Shown here: positions 28,108-37,433 of the stretch, piece by piece | Layout: each line of letters begins with the position of its first letter | Position numbering within the stretch: position 1 is the stretch's first letter | NCBI GenBank assembly: GCA_037441845.1 | Contig: JBBIRK010000008.1 | Span: 1-64,000 of the forward strand | DNA: 64,000 bases | From: Candidatus Zixiibacteriota bacterium | GTDB lineage: Bacteria; Zixibacteria; MSB-5A5; UBA10806; 4484-95 | Reading direction: 5' to 3' | Made by a program: the position numbers and the translations under genes | The notes under the pieces: generated by a model | Databases searched by the model: none | Told to the model about the DNA's origin: nothing | What the model saw: the letters and a program-made list of their open reading frames with translations, nothing else

Positions 28108-28368
28108 TCAGGAATTTTTCTTGCGCCCGATATAACCGGCGATCCGATTGACCGAGTCGAGGTTTTCCGGCACCAATTCGTTGTCTTCCACGGTAAAACC
28201 GAAATTGCTTTCGATAAAACTCACCAGCTCCAGCACACCTGTGGAGTCGATAATTCCTTTATCGAGCAAGGAATCATCGTCGCCAAGTTCCTCGGCCGGA
28301 CGACCGATCATGAAATTTTCCAGTATGAAATTGCGGATCTGTTGGACTGCCTCCAAGTTCCCTCCCAT
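28108..28368 (-). CDS. Acyl carrier protein
   Basis: Acidic 86 aa with GIIDSTGVLELV phosphopantetheine site and PENLDS. Confidence 0.88.
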   Translation of the reverse strand: MGGNLEAVQQIRNFILENFMIGRPAEELGDDDSLLDKGIIDSTGVLELVSFIESNFGFTVEDNELVPENLDSVNRIAGYIGRKKNS

Positions 28369-28384
28369 CGATCAAATTTGCCAA

Positions 28385-29710
28385 TCACAATATCGGCAGA
28401 TAATTATCTATTTCGTATTTCGTCACCGCGATACGGTAACGGTCCCATTCGAATTTCTTGTTTTCGATCAAGGTATGGAAAATATGATCGCCGAGAACCT
28501 TATGCATCAATTCCGATTTCGCGAATTCACGAATGGCGTTTTCGAGCGAGTTGGGCAGGGTGTCGATTCCTGCTTTTTCCCGCTCTTTTTCGTTCATTTC
28601 GAAAATGTTCTCTTCGACCGGTTCCACCAATTTCATGTTCTTCTTTATGCCATCGAGACCGGCCGCGATCATCGCCGCAAACGCAAGATATGGGTTGCAG
28701 GCCGGGTCGGGGCTGCGCAGCTCGACCCGAGTGGCGTTCTCGCGACCGACACGATACATCGGTATCCTGATTAGGGATGACCGGTTGCGCCTACCCCAGG
28801 AGATATATACTGGAGCCTCATATCCGGGCACAAGTCTTTTGTAGGAGTTCACCCATTGATTATTGACCAAGCACATCGCCTTGATATGCGCAAGCAAACC
28901 GGCGACATAGCTCTTGGCGATCGGCGAGAGATTATACTGGTCGTTTTTATCGAAGAAAGCGTTCTTGCCGTTTTTGAAAAGCGATTGATGTGTATGCATG
29001 CCGGAGCCGTTCTCGCCGAAAATCGGTTTGGGCATGAACGTGGCATAATAACCTTCGGCCAGAGCGATCTCCTTGACCACCAACCTGTAAATCATCGCCG
29101 AATCGGCCATTTTAAGGGCATCTTGATACTTCAGGTCGATTTCCTGCTGCGACGGCGCCACCTCATGATGTGAGCATTCGACTTGGATCCCCATCGCCTC
29201 CAGTGCGCTGGCGGTTTTCTTGCGCATTCGGGTGGCCGCATCCACCGTGGAATAATCGAAATATCCGCCGTCATCGATAATCAACGGCTCCTTATTATTC
29301 TTGAAATAAAAGTATTCGATCTCCGGTCCCATATAGGCGGTATAACCTTCGGCGGCCGCCTCGGCCAGAACGCGCTTGAGAGCAAAACGTGAATCCCCCA
29401 CATACGGTTCGCCGTGCGGCGTGAATATATCGCAGAATACCAACGCCACCCGTTGATTGCTTATTTCCCAAGGGATGATGGTGAACGTATCGAGATCGGG
29501 TTTGGCCTCGAGGTCCGATTCCTCTATTCTTACGAACCCCTCGATCGAGGAACCGTCGAAACCCTGCCCGTGTTCAAGCACCTCCGCTATTTCGGATCTG
29601 GTGATGGTCATCCCCTTGAGATAGCCGAGGATGTCGGTGAACCAAAGGCGAACGTAGTTGACCTTGTGATTATCCATCAACTCGAGAACTTCTTCTTTCG
29701 TTCTGGCCAT
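28385..29710 (-). CDS. glnA: Glutamine synthetase type I (GSI-alpha-like)
   Basis: FDGSSIEGF, HHEVAPSQQEI, ATFMPKP, NGSGMHTH, PGYEAP, RNRS, ELRSPD; NIFEM at the adenylylation site (no Tyr). Confidence 0.92.
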   Translation of the reverse strand: MARTKEEVLELMDNHKVNYVRLWFTDILGYLKGMTITRSEIAEVLEHGQGFDGSSIEGFVRIEESDLEAKPDLDTFTIIPWEISNQRVALVFCDIFTPHGEPYVGDSRFALKRVLAEAAAEGYTAYMGPEIEYFYFKNNKEPLIIDDGGYFDYSTVDAATRMRKKTASALEAMGIQVECSHHEVAPSQQEIDLKYQDALKMADSAMIYRLVVKEIALAEGYYATFMPKPIFGENGSGMHTHQSLFKNGKNAFFDKNDQYNLSPIAKSYVAGLLAHIKAMCLVNNQWVNSYKRLVPGYEAPVYISWGRRNRSSLIRIPMYRVGRENATRVELRSPDPACNPYLAFAAMIAAGLDGIKKNMKLVEPVEENIFEMNEKEREKAGIDTLPNSLENAIREFAKSELMHKVLGDHIFHTLIENKKFEWDRYRIAVTKYEIDNYLPIL

Positions 29711-29849
29711 GATTAATCCTCCATTAATGAATGCTGAATTCCGATAATAAAACCATATCGGCTGTAACGGCTTTGTCCTGACCCCTTTTTTCTTTATTCC
29801 TAATGGGCCGGGAGTCGGTGTTCAAAGCTGAACAGCCTCTTTTCCGAGC

Positions 29850-30812
29850 TCATAAAAATAGTCTATGCCAAGCTATCGTTTTTTCCAGCCCCGTCCTGAG
29901 ATCCACAGCCGGCCTAAAACCGAGCAGTTTGCCCGCTTTCGATATATCCGGCGTCCGCCGGCGGACATCCTCGTAGCCCCCGCCGAAACTTTCGTAGGGA
30001 ACCAAAATCGGCGCCGACTTGGAACCTGTCAGTTCGATTATCAAATCGGCCAATGCGGCTATTTCTATTTCCTCGACGGAACCGATATTGATAATCTGTC
30101 CGACCGCCGAATCATGCTCCATCGCCAGCCTTATACCGGCGATCGTATCGCTTATGTAGCAAAAACTCCTCGTTTGTTTTCCGTCGCCATGAATCGTCAA
30201 CGGTTCATTACGCAACGCCTGCTCTATAAAAACAGCTTGAGGCCCGCCCCACCAAGAGCGATGGTTATTGGGCCCGTAACTTCCAAAAAAACGCAGAACC
30301 ACAACAGGGAGTTCCCGTTCCTTGTAATACGCCAGGCACAAGTGTTCGTCGAATATCTTGGAGGCGGCGTATGCCCAACGCCTGATCGATGACGGCCCAA
30401 TCGTCAGGTCATCCAGCTCGGTGAACGGCGGGCACGGGTTTTTGCCGTAAACATCGGACGTGGACGCCACGATGGTCTTTATTGCGTGGCGGGCGGCACA
30501 TTCGAGCACGATGCGGGTCCCTTCGTTATTGACGTTCAGCGTCCTCAAAACATCGCCATATCGGGGGATCTTGAACGCCGCCAGATGGACAATGATATCA
30601 ACTTTGTCGCAGAGCCCTTCAAGCACGCCCGGGCTGCGAATATCCGAATGGACGAATCGGAAATTTCTTTGGCTGGGCAAATCGCCCAGGTTTTCCAACA
30701 GCCCATGCGACAAGTCATCGATGACGGTCACTTGCCAGCCGTCTCTGACCAGTGCCGCGGCAAGGTTTGAACCGATAAAGCCGGCCCCGCCGGTGATAAT
30801 CGCTGCAGGCAT
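29850..30812 (-). CDS. NAD-dependent nucleotide-sugar epimerase/dehydratase
   Basis: TGGAGFIGS, ASTSDVYGK, YAASK, GKQTRSF. Confidence 0.9.
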   Translation of the reverse strand: MPAAIITGGAGFIGSNLAAALVRDGWQVTVIDDLSHGLLENLGDLPSQRNFRFVHSDIRSPGVLEGLCDKVDIIVHLAAFKIPRYGDVLRTLNVNNEGTRIVLECAARHAIKTIVASTSDVYGKNPCPPFTELDDLTIGPSSIRRWAYAASKIFDEHLCLAYYKERELPVVVLRFFGSYGPNNHRSWWGGPQAVFIEQALRNEPLTIHGDGKQTRSFCYISDTIAGIRLAMEHDSAVGQIINIGSVEEIEIAALADLIIELTGSKSAPILVPYESFGGGYEDVRRRTPDISKAGKLLGFRPAVDLRTGLEKTIAWHRLFL

Positions 30813-31973
30813 TTAGCTGTTGAATTTCCTGGTTCGCACTTTGCGGGTCGCTTGTTCTTCTCGGGGAAGCCATTTGGCGATCACGTCAACTATTCTTTGC
30901 GCCGCAAAGCCATCCCAGTATTTGGGCACGCCGCCGGTCTTGTATTTGTTCGCCAGAATCAGCTCGGCGGTGGCGGTTATCTTTTCGGCGAAAGGACCCA
31001 CGATCGTGTTCGTGCCCTCGGTCACGGTCGCGGTCCATTCGGTATTCGTGCGCAAAGTCAAGCAGGGGATCCCGAATACGCTCGATTCGACCTGCATCGT
31101 CCCGGAATCGGTCATCGAAAACAGGGCTTCTTTCTCTATAGCCAGAAAATCGGGATAACGCGAAAGTTCCGCGACGATCAGTCTTTTATCCCGAAGATAT
31201 CCCGACAGACCGAATTTGTCGATTTCCTCACGGACCCGGCGGTGGCAGACGAATACCACCGGTATTTTTTCCGATATCCTGTGGGCCGCCGAAATTATCC
31301 CCTTGTAATTATCGTAGCTGGTCGTATTCGCTCGGCGATGAATGCTCAGAATAGCATACCCTTTGGGGATCAAGCCGAGTTTGTCGGCCAACGTCGATTT
31401 GGCGGCAAACGGCAAAAATTTTTTCAGTGAATCGACCATGATGTTGCCGACGAAGAAAGTCGATTTCTCGTCTTTTCCCTCGGCCAATGTATTGCTGTGG
31501 GCGCCGCAATCGGTGACGAAAAAAAGGCTGCTGATTCCGTCGATAAGCTTGCGATTTATGTCGGTGTTGGAGGCGCAACCTGGACAGCGGAGGCCGGCTT
31601 CAATATGAGCCACCGGAATTCCTTTCCTGGCCGCCGATATCGCCGTTCCCAGCGCCGCATCGGAGCCTCCGATGACGATCACCAAATCCGGCGAAATTTC
31701 GTCGAAATAGCGGCTCGATTCGAGCATCACCGATCCGGTCGTTTCCGCCGGCGCACCGTTTTTAACGTTCAAAAACTGATGAGGTTTCGGCAGATTCAAT
31801 TCTTCGTGTAAATAATACGTCTCGCTTTTGCCGAAAGGTTTTCCGGTGTAGAGCAGGATAGGCTCGAAAAAGTCGTAGTATCTGGAAAACTGATCGAACA
31901 GCGGCGACAACTTGATCATGTTTTTCGCCGAATTCGCCACGATTACGATTTTATTCAATCTGCCTTGATACAA
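30813..31973 (-). CDS. UDP-GlcNAc 2-epimerase (WecB) homolog with degenerate motifs
   Basis: HIEAGLR, FVGNIMVDSL, IHR, TDSG, EGTN, WDG retained; GARP, HTGQH, GD and PEE altered. Confidence 0.8.
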   Translation of the reverse strand: MYQGRLNKIVIVANSAKNMIKLSPLFDQFSRYYDFFEPILLYTGKPFGKSETYYLHEELNLPKPHQFLNVKNGAPAETTGSVMLESSRYFDEISPDLVIVIGGSDAALGTAISAARKGIPVAHIEAGLRCPGCASNTDINRKLIDGISSLFFVTDCGAHSNTLAEGKDEKSTFFVGNIMVDSLKKFLPFAAKSTLADKLGLIPKGYAILSIHRRANTTSYDNYKGIISAAHRISEKIPVVFVCHRRVREEIDKFGLSGYLRDKRLIVAELSRYPDFLAIEKEALFSMTDSGTMQVESSVFGIPCLTLRTNTEWTATVTEGTNTIVGPFAEKITATAELILANKYKTGGVPKYWDGFAAQRIVDVIAKWLPREEQATRKVRTRKFNS

Positions 31974-32090
31974 TATCCTATCCCTCTAATGTTATGTCGG
32001 CTTAATAGCGCGATATTATAATATTCCATCGACCCCGCGCAAGTTCAATTATAGGCCGTTTTATGCGCAAGAAAATGTTTTTCCGGATAG

Positions 32091-32945
32091 TCAATCGGCG
32101 GTCTTGGCCTGAGACAACAGCTTGGGGATTGTCGCAAAGTCGAATTCGGCAAGCAGTCGTTTCAACTTGAACTCGGCCACGGTCAGATTACCGTAATGCT
32201 TGACCGCCCGTATCGGGTCAATCAGCCTTCGCGGCAGATGCGGATCGAATTCCCAAAGCGGAAAACTCATTACCGCCGGGTCGCCCGGTCGCCCGGTCCG
32301 GCGAATACATCTTCGCAAATACCAGAGCGGGAAAAGCCTGATTCTGCCCTCGCTGCCGAATATCACGGGAACTCCGGCGAAGCGGCTTTGTGACGGCGGC
32401 AGGACCGCGATCGAACGGCCGCTTTCGAAAGTACATAACGTGATGCCGCTCGGAAAAGGGGCGGCCGGAACGAAATCGATCAGGCAATACTGAAACTCGG
32501 CATCGGCAAGTTTCCTCAGTATATTTCGCCAGGCGCGATTTCTACCCTTGATCAGTATGCCTTCTACCTTGCGTCCGATAGCCGTCTCGAGCTCGTATTT
32601 CAATTCATCGATTTCCGCCGAACAGGAAAGAGCGCTCAGGTCATGGCAAAGTCCGATTTCATGCCCACGGGAATTCACCAGAGTCGCGACCTCAGGGAAA
32701 ATTTTCAGCTGTCCCGAAGTAATGTAAAAATTGGCTTCGGCGCGGTATTCGTCAAGATGGTCGAGCAAATGAAGTATATTCGGGATAACTCGGGAACGCT
32801 GTCCCCCGCCTTCGATCGCCAGGCGATGGTCGTTTATTTCCACCGCAAGCACGTGCGCCGGCGATCTCAGTTCGAATTTGAGCGATTTCGCCTCTAAAAT
32901 GAGCGAATCCAAATCCAGTCCGGTCATCATTTCTTTTATCGCCAA
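32091..32945 (-). CDS. Degenerate polysaccharide deacetylase (DUF3473-like) paralog
   Basis: ANFY, GHEIG, WEFDP, HYGNL align with the 24733-25575 protein; metal ligands are missing. Confidence 0.7.
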   Translation of the reverse strand: MAIKEMMTGLDLDSLILEAKSLKFELRSPAHVLAVEINDHRLAIEGGGQRSRVIPNILHLLDHLDEYRAEANFYITSGQLKIFPEVATLVNSRGHEIGLCHDLSALSCSAEIDELKYELETAIGRKVEGILIKGRNRAWRNILRKLADAEFQYCLIDFVPAAPFPSGITLCTFESGRSIAVLPPSQSRFAGVPVIFGSEGRIRLFPLWYLRRCIRRTGRPGDPAVMSFPLWEFDPHLPRRLIDPIRAVKHYGNLTVAEFKLKRLLAEFDFATIPKLLSQAKTAD

Positions 32946-33112
32946 ATCATTCGATAGAGTGAACGCTTCAAACGCCGATCGGGTTGCAATCTGCGTTTCC
33001 GCTTCAAGCGGATTTTTTCGTCATGTTTCCCAAACGCCCGCGATAATTTCGGTTCATCAATATATATAATTAATGATTTACAAAGTATCCAGCAGCCGTT
33101 ATTTTCATCGCC

Positions 33113-34009
33113 ATGGGCGCCGAAAGAATATTGCTGATAGCGAACCCCAGAAGCGGGGGAGGGCGGTCGGTCGAGCTGTTGCCGCAAATAGAAACCATCA
33201 TCAGGGAACTCGGTTTGGACCCTGAGATTCGCATAACCGCCGGCCCCGGCGAGGCGACCACCATGGCTCGCTTAGCCGCTGCCGCCGCCTATCGGAAGAT
33301 AGTGGCGGTGGGTGGCGACGGCACGGTCAACGAGGTGGCTTCCGGAATAATCGGCAGCGATTCGATCTTGGGGGTGATTCCGGCCGGCGTTGGAAACGGA
33401 TTCCACCGTTCTTTGGGGGCGTCGGAAAACTTGGAAGAACAATGTCGAGTTTTGGCCGGCAATCGGGTGCGCAGACTGGATGCCGGCGCGCTGAACGGCA
33501 AAATGTTTTTCAACGGCCTGGGTCTGGGGTTCGATGCCTTGATCGCCCGACACAATGGTTCCCTGTCAGCCAAAAAGAGACGATCGAGCAAGGCACTGCT
33601 CTCCGCCATGAAAAACCTTAGGCCGTTTCAAGTCGATATCCGTTTCGATAACTATCGACAAAGCGGGTCATTTTCGTCGTTGACCGTGAATATCGGGCAT
33701 ATCTCCGGCAACGGAATGTCGCTTGCGCCCTCGGCCAAACCCGACGACGGGAAGTTCGATATATGTGCGATCTCGAATGCCGGCTACTTCCATTTTTTGC
33801 GCTTGTTCTGGCATGCCAGGAGAAAAAGCAATGGCTTATTCAGGATGATCAAGCTGTTTCGCTGCCGAAAAATCGAAATCACCAGCGACCAGCCCTTGCC
33901 GATTCATATCGATGGGGAGCCGTTTGAAGACCGCAAGAATTTATCAATCACCATTATCCCCGCAGCCTTGCCGGTGGCCGTGGACAAAGATGACAAGCAC
34001 AACGGTTAA
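33113..34009 (+). CDS. Diacylglycerol/lipid kinase (YegS/DagK family)
   Basis: NPRSG, GGDGTVNEV, PAGVGNGF, GLGFDA, DDGKFD, IDGE. Confidence 0.88.
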   Translation: MGAERILLIANPRSGGGRSVELLPQIETIIRELGLDPEIRITAGPGEATTMARLAAAAAYRKIVAVGGDGTVNEVASGIIGSDSILGVIPAGVGNGFHRSLGASENLEEQCRVLAGNRVRRLDAGALNGKMFFNGLGLGFDALIARHNGSLSAKKRRSSKALLSAMKNLRPFQVDIRFDNYRQSGSFSSLTVNIGHISGNGMSLAPSAKPDDGKFDICAISNAGYFHFLRLFWHARRKSNGLFRMIKLFRCRKIEITSDQPLPIHIDGEPFEDRKNLSITIIPAALPVAVDKDDKHNG

Positions 34010-34631
34010 ATCGATTTTGATTGTTTTCATCTTATTGCCGGCGGCGATCCCCTGTTTTTCCGCTCAGCGCCGGCCGATTCCGGACGCCGATCGGGTCGAT
34101 TCGATATATTCCCTTTATGCCGAAATGGATCAAGCCGCAACCGGCGACACCGCGAGCAACGACAGTCGGTCGGCGCCGATTCCACGGCAAAACAAAAGGC
34201 CTGCCGAATCTTCACCCGCGACCACCAAAAAGCCCTGGCCGACCGGAGCCCTCATTCGATCGACGTTGCTCCCGGGTTGGGGTCAGCTATACAATCGTAA
34301 ATACATAAAGGCGGCTTTCTATGGCGGACTGGAAATATATCTTTTGGTCGGCGTCAGAGAAAACTGGAAAAAGATGAACCGTCACCAAGAAAATTTCCTC
34401 AATACGGTCGATCCGACATATAAGAGTTCCGAATTCAATTTATATCAGGAAAGCCGCGACAAACGAAACGTATTTCTCTGGCTGGGGGCTCTGACCGTAT
34501 TCGTATCGATGTTCGATGCCTATGTGGATGCCCATTTCGCCGATTTCGACAAGACCGACAAGGCGTTCGAGGTTCAGATTTTTCCCCGTGACGACTTGAC
34601 CGTTTTCGCCCTGGCCTGCAAATTCAGATGA
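33990..34631 (+). CDS. DUF5683-like membrane/exported protein
   Basis: Signal-like N-terminus, ALIRSTLLPGWGQLYN, DAYVDAHF. Confidence 0.7.
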   Translation: MTSTTVKSILIVFILLPAAIPCFSAQRRPIPDADRVDSIYSLYAEMDQAATGDTASNDSRSAPIPRQNKRPAESSPATTKKPWPTGALIRSTLLPGWGQLYNRKYIKAAFYGGLEIYLLVGVRENWKKMNRHQENFLNTVDPTYKSSEFNLYQESRDKRNVFLWLGALTVFVSMFDAYVDAHFADFDKTDKAFEVQIFPRDDLTVFALACKFR

Positions 34632-35200
34632 TTCTCGGGATTTCAGGATCGGCGACTCCGGGCGGCTCGACCGATATCCTCGCCCGGGAAGTGATGCGAG
34701 GGTGTCGAGAAAAAGGGCGGAGGACTCGACTGGTCAGGCTGAATGAGCTCAAGATGATCCCCTGCCAGGCCTGCGGCAAATCGCCCGAACCGGAGCCGTG
34801 TTTTTTCCACGACGATGCGTTCGATTTGCTCCAGACCGTAATTAAGGCGGACGCCGTGGTTCTGGCCTCTCCTGTATATTTCGATTCGGTCTCGGCGCAG
34901 ATGAAAATTTTTATTGATCGCAGCAACTGCCTTAGGCCGGCCGATTTCTCGAAACCCGATTCCCAAGAATTCCTTGAGCCGATTACCCGCGGCAAGCCGG
35001 GAGGGATCATACTCGTCGCCGGCGCCCACGGACATTTCGAATCGTCGCTTAAAGTGATGCGGGCTTTCTTTATTTGGGCCGGAATGGAGATCAAATTCGA
35101 ATTGAAATTCAGAACCAAATCTTTACGGCGAGGCGAAGCGGCTGCGGACATGGGAATTCTTGCCGAGGCCTATAAATGCGGATTGCTGTTAGGAGAGTAG
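34628..35200 (+). CDS. Flavodoxin-fold iron-sulfur flavoprotein / NADPH-dependent FMN reductase
   Basis: GISGS, CQAC...C, ASPVYFDSVSAQMKIFIDR. Confidence 0.85.
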   Translation: MILGISGSATPGGSTDILAREVMRGCREKGRRTRLVRLNELKMIPCQACGKSPEPEPCFFHDDAFDLLQTVIKADAVVLASPVYFDSVSAQMKIFIDRSNCLRPADFSKPDSQEFLEPITRGKPGGIILVAGAHGHFESSLKVMRAFFIWAGMEIKFELKFRTKSLRRGEAAADMGILAEAYKCGLLLGE

Positions 35201-35226
35201 GTCGATGGCGAACAGCAAGAAGCATT

Positions 35227-36267
35227 TCAGCGATCGTTGACGCCGGCCCCCGTTATTTTCTTGATATGTTCCATTGCGGAGTCGAATTTCTTTGACAGTC
35301 GATCGGCGACCGCTTGGGAAACTTCATAGTCGAAAATCCGCCTGAAATACACCAGCGCGCTATTGTTATCCTGCAATCGATAGTAAGCCATGCCGATATA
35401 GTAATCGCAGGTTATAAGGTTATAATTGTTTTGATTCCCTCGGCGCAACAACCCTTCTCGGATAGCCGTGAAATCAACTATGGCCCGACGATAATCGCCC
35501 GCCCGGAATTCGGCGAACGCTTTCAACCAGAGATGCTGTCTGCCGGTGGCTCCATTTTCTTTCGCCTCCTCGGCCATTTTCAGGGCCGATCCGTAATCTT
35601 TTTTATGGAAATAAATCCACCCCAAAGCCAAGGCGGCGGTTGCCCGCCCATAACGGGACCGGTGGGCCGCTTGATGCAATTCTTCTATCCCTTGTTTTCT
35701 TTGATCCGGTATAAGGGGCAGACTGCGAAGGAAACCGATTTTCGCCGAGCGCCAGTAATGCAGATTTCCCAGCCCGATTAAAGGATCGAAAAACAGCGAG
35801 TCGAGTTTGCGAGCGGCGGCCAAATACTTGCCCGCCCTCAGCCCTTTACTGATCGATTTCAACCAGCCGCCGTGTTGTGCCTCCCAGATCGCATAATACC
35901 CGAGTGCAGTCCCCTTGAAAAAATTGGCATAGGCGTCGTTCGGCTCCCTTTCGAGGAAAGCATCCAGCCCGGCAAGCGAAGAGTCACTAAGTTGACGGAA
36001 TAAATGTCGCGAATCGGTTTTTTCATCATCGGCCATCTCCATATATACGACTCCAGCTTTCAACACCAGCGCCGGCCAGTAATCGGGCTGCATCATCAGC
36101 ATTGTATCGAGAATCCGGATCGAGGCGGCGAAACTATCCTGATATAGGTAATTCAACGATTCCCGAATCAGGCTATCCTGTTTATAAGTCGGCTCGAGAC
36201 TTAAGGGATCGGCGAAAACGAAGGATGACAGCGACAGCAAGAAAACAAGAACGGCTTTATTTCTTAT
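35227..36267 (-). CDS. Exported TPR protein (probable ATA start)
   Basis: TPR helices; paralog of the upstream gene; extending to ATA at 36267 completes a signal peptide. Confidence 0.7.
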   Translation of the reverse strand: MRNKAVLVFLLSLSSFVFADPLSLEPTYKQDSLIRESLNYLYQDSFAASIRILDTMLMMQPDYWPALVLKAGVVYMEMADDEKTDSRHLFRQLSDSSLAGLDAFLEREPNDAYANFFKGTALGYYAIWEAQHGGWLKSISKGLRAGKYLAAARKLDSLFFDPLIGLGNLHYWRSAKIGFLRSLPLIPDQRKQGIEELHQAAHRSRYGRATAALALGWIYFHKKDYGSALKMAEEAKENGATGRQHLWLKAFAEFRAGDYRRAIVDFTAIREGLLRRGNQNNYNLITCDYYIGMAYYRLQDNNSALVYFRRIFDYEVSQAVADRLSKKFDSAMEHIKKITGAGVNDR

Positions 36268-37315
36268 GCGATGCCTCCAGGGCCTTTTTATAATATTCGC
36301 GCGAATTCTTGACCGCCTCCTCGACGTCCTTCCTATCTTTCAACTTCACAGCCAACTCATCTGCTTCTTTCAAATAGGCCAAAGCTTCTTCATATCGACC
36401 CCACCGGTAATAAAAGACACCGATATTATAATAGACATCAAGTTTTCCGGCTTCATCGTAGTAGGGCGATTTTTCATATACCTCGAGAATCTTCTCGAAT
36501 GATTCTACGGCTTCGGGAAAGCTGTCGAGGTTGGCCTGCGCCCGACCCACGTAGTAGAGCGCGAAAGGATCGTCGGGATTTATAACTTTCAGGTAATTAT
36601 GCCATAAATACATGATATTCTTATAGTCCCTCTCGTTATCGTAAACCCTCAACAACGCATACTTGGCCTCGTTTTTGACGAATTTCCCTTTCTCGATCGC
36701 TAAGAAGACTTTTTCTATACCAGATCGCCTCTTATCGGGGAAAAAGGGGAGCCAAGACAGAATGTTCGTCTTGACCGATCGCCAGTAGTCGTACATGCCA
36801 AGACCGTAGTAGATATCAAAATTGGTGGAATCCATTTTAAGAGCCCGACTCAACACACCTCGTCCTTTCAAACCGTCCTTGAATGCGCCGACCCAATCGC
36901 CGTAATATGATTTGTAAATTCCTCGGAAACCGAGCGAACCGCCGTAAAAAAACAGATCCTCGGCCGTGGCTTTGCCGCTTTTATCGAGCTTTTCTCCGAT
37001 TTCGACTGCTCGATTTATGAAGGTTTCGAATCGATCGGTGTAATTCAGATTTCGGTAGTCGCCCGCCAGATTCGAGTAGACGCCTGCTTTGAAAAAATAG
37101 CCGACCGGTTTTTCCGGATCGAGGGCGATCACCGAATCGAAAAGCACCAAGGCTTCTTCGAACTTTTCTTTATGAACCAGGCTGATTCCTTTCAGCAATA
37201 TCGAATCATTGACCGAAGGGGATGCGGGGGCGGCCGAAAGCAGAGTGGCGATAAACGCAAGAAGCATGCCATAATTACGTATCATAAAATCAGCTATATT
37301 TAGACGCCGTTTCAC
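36257..37315 (-). CDS. Exported TPR protein (start 37315 or 37285)
   Basis: Signal peptide; TPR motifs (YYNIGVFYYRWGRYEEAL). Confidence 0.8.
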   Translation of the reverse strand: MKRRLNIADFMIRNYGMLLAFIATLLSAAPASPSVNDSILLKGISLVHKEKFEEALVLFDSVIALDPEKPVGYFFKAGVYSNLAGDYRNLNYTDRFETFINRAVEIGEKLDKSGKATAEDLFFYGGSLGFRGIYKSYYGDWVGAFKDGLKGRGVLSRALKMDSTNFDIYYGLGMYDYWRSVKTNILSWLPFFPDKRRSGIEKVFLAIEKGKFVKNEAKYALLRVYDNERDYKNIMYLWHNYLKVINPDDPFALYYVGRAQANLDSFPEAVESFEKILEVYEKSPYYDEAGKLDVYYNIGVFYYRWGRYEEALAYLKEADELAVKLKDRKDVEEAVKNSREYYKKALEASHKK

Positions 37316-37433
37316 CGAAAATCAAGAATTTTCAGACCAACAAATCAAAATTAAATATCCGCCGACATTTGACGAAATAAATTTTAGGTATTCGACGCGG
37401 ACTTCTTAGCGGACTATTGAGCGCGGAGGAGAT

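Noticed and set aside
28385..29710. Gamma-glutamyl-amine ligase (PuuA-like) instead of true GS
   Set aside because: The ammonium-site and flap motifs (FDGSS, GYFD, PGYEAP) are retained
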